NCBI GenBank assembly: GCA_963701295.1
Contig: OY969585.1
Location: 2,528,001 to 2,592,000 of the forward strand
DNA length: 64,000 nt
Direction of reading: 5' to 3'
Source of the DNA: Ignavibacteriota bacterium
GTDB taxonomy: Bacteria; Bacteroidota; Ignavibacteria; UBA10030
Shown here: positions 61,142 through 64,000 of the stretch, one piece after another
Position numbering within the stretch: the stretch's first letter is position 1
Layout of the letters: each line of letters starts with the position of its first letter
Translations under genes and position numbers: made by a program
The notes under the pieces: model-generated
Told to the model about the DNA's origin: nothing
Database searches by the model: none
Seen by the model: the letters and a program-made list of their open reading frames with translations, nothing else

Positions 61142-62272
61142 GTGATATTCCAAACAGTCAATGCACAAATACAGCTGCAGAACAGCACCGGCACTTTAAT
61201 AGACACAGGATCTGTTCAATATTATGCCGGAGCTTGGAGAAACTTAGGAACAACCATAAACGGCACAGCAACCAAAGAACTCTTGCCGAACAATTACTCG
61301 TTTAGAATGACATACGCCTATGCCAGTAAGGATCAACAACAGGACATAAGCACAAATTCAACCGTTGTTTTCCGAACGGTGAATGCAGCCGTGCAGTTAC
61401 AGAACAGTCAAGGCACATTAATGGATCAAGGGACTGTGCAGTATTACTCGGGCGCGTGGAGAGATCTGGGAACTACAACGAACGGTATAACAAATAAAGA
61501 ACTTTTGCCGAATAGTTACTCATTCAGAATGACATACGCCTATGCCAGTAAGGATCAGCAACAGGACATAAGCACAAATCCAACCGTCGTTTTCCAAACG
61601 GTGAATGCCGCAGTGCAATTACAGAATAGTCAAGGCAGCTTAATGGATCAGGGAACAGTGCAGTATTATTCTGGTGCGTGGAGAGATTTTGGAACTACAA
61701 CAAACGGTATAGCAAATAAAGAACTCCTGCCGAGCAATTACTCATTCAGAATGACCTATGCTTATGCAAGCAAAGATCAGCAACAGGACATAAGCACAAA
61801 TTCAACCGTCGTTTTCCGAACGGTGAATGCCGCCGTTCAGTTACAGAACAGTCAAGGTAGTTTGATGGATCAAGGAACTGTGCAGTACTATTCTGGAGCC
61901 TGGAGAGATTTAGGAACTACAATAAATGGTGTCGCAAAGAAAGAACTATTGCCGAACAATTACTCATTCAGAATGACCTATGCGTATATTTCGCTCGATA
62001 AAGCGCAGGATATATCTATAAACAATACCGTCAGCTTCTCGACAGTCTTATGCACTATACGAGTGAAAAACTCACAGAACCAGCTGGTGAATAATGCATT
62101 GGCGAGTTATTATTCAGGGGCATGGAGACAGATAGGCAATACAGTAAACGGAGTAATTACCAAGGAATTATTGCCTGTGAATCTTTCATTCCGTGTAAAT
62201 TACGGAACACAGCAACAAGACAAGCAGCAGAATTTATCCACAAATACTGTGGTGGATTTTGCAATACAATAG
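61142..62272 (+). CDS. C-terminal part of the preceding protein: five 74-aa beta-rich repeats
   Basis: Repeat VQLQNSxGxLxDxGxVQYYxGAWRxxGxTxNG...KELLP..YSFRMTY; no signal peptide of its own. Confidence 0.7.
   Translation: MIFQTVNAQIQLQNSTGTLIDTGSVQYYAGAWRNLGTTINGTATKELLPNNYSFRMTYAYASKDQQQDISTNSTVVFRTVNAAVQLQNSQGTLMDQGTVQYYSGAWRDLGTTTNGITNKELLPNSYSFRMTYAYASKDQQQDISTNPTVVFQTVNAAVQLQNSQGSLMDQGTVQYYSGAWRDFGTTTNGIANKELLPSNYSFRMTYAYASKDQQQDISTNSTVVFRTVNAAVQLQNSQGSLMDQGTVQYYSGAWRDLGTTINGVAKKELLPNNYSFRMTYAYISLDKAQDISINNTVSFSTVLCTIRVKNSQNQLVNNALASYYSGAWRQIGNTVNGVITKELLPVNLSFRVNYGTQQQDKQQNLSTNTVVDFAIQ
61148..62270 (+). repeat. Intragenic tandem repeat, 222-bp unit, five copies
   Basis: TTCCGAACGGTGAATGC at 61370 and 61814 (444 bp apart); near-identical central copies. 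Confidence 0.92.
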
Positions 62273-62288
62273 ATGAATCGATAAGAAG

Positions 62289-62307
62289 GGGCGAAGTGTC
62301 TTCGCCC
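62289..62307. repeat. REP-like palindrome, same family as 37836-37854
   Basis: GGGCGAAG-TGT-CTTCGCCC. Confidence 0.7.
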
Positions 62308-62349
62308 GAAAAGTTTGTAAGACGAAAGAGGAAAAAGAGGAGAAAAGAT

Positions 62350-63006
62350 ATGCGGTATATAATGATTTTAGTTCTCTGCACAAATCTTGCATTAGCACAA
62401 CAAACTCAGAAAGCCTATGAGATTCCCTTTGCCTCGAAGGGAAATACGATTGAACTCGCGGTCGCCAATACTTCGACACTATTAGCGGAAGGAGTGAAAG
62501 TAGAAGCAACAAGTATTCCGGATGGGATAACATTCACTCAGAAAACAGTTACTCTTCCAACTCTCAAAACAAAAGTGGAGGTGACAGCATCGTTTACCTT
62601 CTCTGTAGAAAAGACAGCAAAAGTCAATAAGCAAGATACACTCCGCTTTACTATCACGGATAAAACCGGACAGACGTGGACGAAAGAGATTAAGATTAGC
62701 ATCACACCGCCAACAACATACGAGCTTCTTCAGAACTATCCCAATCCGTATAACCCGTCAACAACAATCGAATATCAGTTGCCAGGAACAGGAACACGAA
62801 CACGATATAATGTATCATTAAAGGTATATGATGTCATTGGGCGAGAAATTGCCAATCTTGTCAACGAGCAGCAGGAACCGGGATATTATCAGAAAACATT
62901 CGATGCAAGACGGTATGCCAGCGGTATGTATATCTATCGTCTTGTTGCGACAGACGAGCAGAATAAGCAGCACGTGTTTCAGAAGAAAATGGTGCTCTTG
63001 CGTTAA
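62350..63006 (+). CDS. Small T9SS type-A CTD protein (one Ig-like domain plus CTD)
   Basis: ATG 62350, signal peptide ALA-Q, YEIPFASKGNTIELAVAN domain, QNYPNPYNPST...KKMVLLR. Confidence 0.85.
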   Translation: MRYIMILVLCTNLALAQQTQKAYEIPFASKGNTIELAVANTSTLLAEGVKVEATSIPDGITFTQKTVTLPTLKTKVEVTASFTFSVEKTAKVNKQDTLRFTITDKTGQTWTKEIKISITPPTTYELLQNYPNPYNPSTTIEYQLPGTGTRTRYNVSLKVYDVIGREIANLVNEQQEPGYYQKTFDARRYASGMYIYRLVATDEQNKQHVFQKKMVLLR

Positions 63007-63092
63007 AGCTGCGGTGACACTACCGAATTTTATTCGATTACGCTACGATTTTCACGGGTTTTGTTTTTCCACCTTTTTCTCTATATTCTATC

Positions 63093-63881
63093 GTGAATCT
63101 CAATCAATCTGAAATAAAATATCTCCGGTCGCTTCAGCAGAAGAAATTTCGAGATCTTGAACAAAAATTTTTGCTCGAAGGCTGGCGTCCGTTGCGCGAT
63201 GCTCTCCATTCATCATTTCATATTGAGTATATTGCTGTTCTTGCAGGTGAGAGCGAAAAACACGAACACCGGGCTATTCTTGCTCTTGCAAGAGAACGCC
63301 GTATCCTTGTAAAAGAGCTGAAAGAGATGCAATTAAAACAAGTATCAGATACAGTGCATTCTCAAGGAGTGATAGCGCTTGTTCATGAACAAACAAAGAT
63401 ATTCGACACAAAGAAAATTCGACCTGCACAGCTTATTATCGCCTGTGACCACATCAACGATCCAGGCAATCTGGGTACCATTCTTCGCACGTGCGATTGG
63501 TTTGGTGCAGATGCAGTGCTCTTAAGCGAAGGATGCGTTTCATTGTATAATGATAAAGTCATTCGGTCCACTGCAGGCTCTATTTTCCATTTAAATGTGT
63601 TTGAGAATATAAATTTAGACATTGCTCTTCCAAATCTCAAATCGGAAGGATTCAAAGTGACTGCAACGACTCTCAATGGCAAAACGCTGAAAGCGTACTC
63701 ATTGCCGGAAAAAGTTGTCCTTCTGTTGGGAAATGAGGCACAAGGAGTGAACCTTCAATTGATTCAGCAAGCGGATACGGTCGTCAGTATTCCACGCTAC
63801 GGTCAAGCTGAATCGCTTAATGTCGGAATTGCATGCGGTATTTTTCTTGAACATTGGCGAAATCGAACAGACCAACAATAA
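63093..63881 (+). CDS. TrmH/SpoU family RNA methyltransferase
   Basis: DPGNLGTILRT, LGNEAQG, ESLNVGIA. Confidence 0.93.
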   Translation: MNLNQSEIKYLRSLQQKKFRDLEQKFLLEGWRPLRDALHSSFHIEYIAVLAGESEKHEHRAILALARERRILVKELKEMQLKQVSDTVHSQGVIALVHEQTKIFDTKKIRPAQLIIACDHINDPGNLGTILRTCDWFGADAVLLSEGCVSLYNDKVIRSTAGSIFHLNVFENINLDIALPNLKSEGFKVTATTLNGKTLKAYSLPEKVVLLLGNEAQGVNLQLIQQADTVVSIPRYGQAESLNVGIACGIFLEHWRNRTDQQ

Positions 63882-64000
63882 TCACTCTTCTATTTCCTTC
63901 AATTTGAATTCAAGGGAAATTCGGTTATCTTTTTAAAGAAAAAGGGAATCAGGTTTGGCGACAATTCTTAGCAAGATTGTTGAGGTTTGTATATTTCGAT

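Noticed and set aside
61148-62270. 222-bp repeats as DGR template/variable repeats
   Set aside because: They are tandem coding repeats with many synonymous differences not limited to adenines, and no reverse transcriptase is in the window.

Overview
Bacterial chromosomal window. The T9SS type-A C-terminal domains (QNYPNPFNP motif) and the gene order point to an Ignavibacteria-like (Bacteroidota/Chlorobi group) genome (inference). Housekeeping blocks: tyrS (partial), smpB, lpdA-lipB-lipA-psd-pssA-purS-purQ-tatA-gatA-sucD, nrnA, korAB, tRNA-Gln-prs-rplY-pth-rpsF-rpsR-rplI, tRNA-Gln/tRNA-Glu, prmC-dtd-comEC and a TrmH methylase. Accessory material: a minor-pilin-like trio (11.0-13.6 kb), a patchwork region at 26-39 kb (two T9SS cargo proteins, mgtA, lipoprotein, nitroreductase, rhomboid), a ydaL/ydaM-like polysaccharide pair (43-48.5 kb) and a three-gene secreted module after comEC (56.3-63.0 kb). 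That module is the best candidate for an undescribed system: a large exported protein ending in a lytic-transglycosylase-like domain, a repeat-containing partner, and a small T9SS-tagged protein. Other oddities are two +1 frameshifts in the identical context ACCAGGTAC, a decayed tRNA-Gln duplicate interrupted by micro-hairpins, and scattered REP-like palindromes. I saw no CRISPR array, rRNA, transposase or integrase. All family assignments come from motif recognition by eye; no searches were run.
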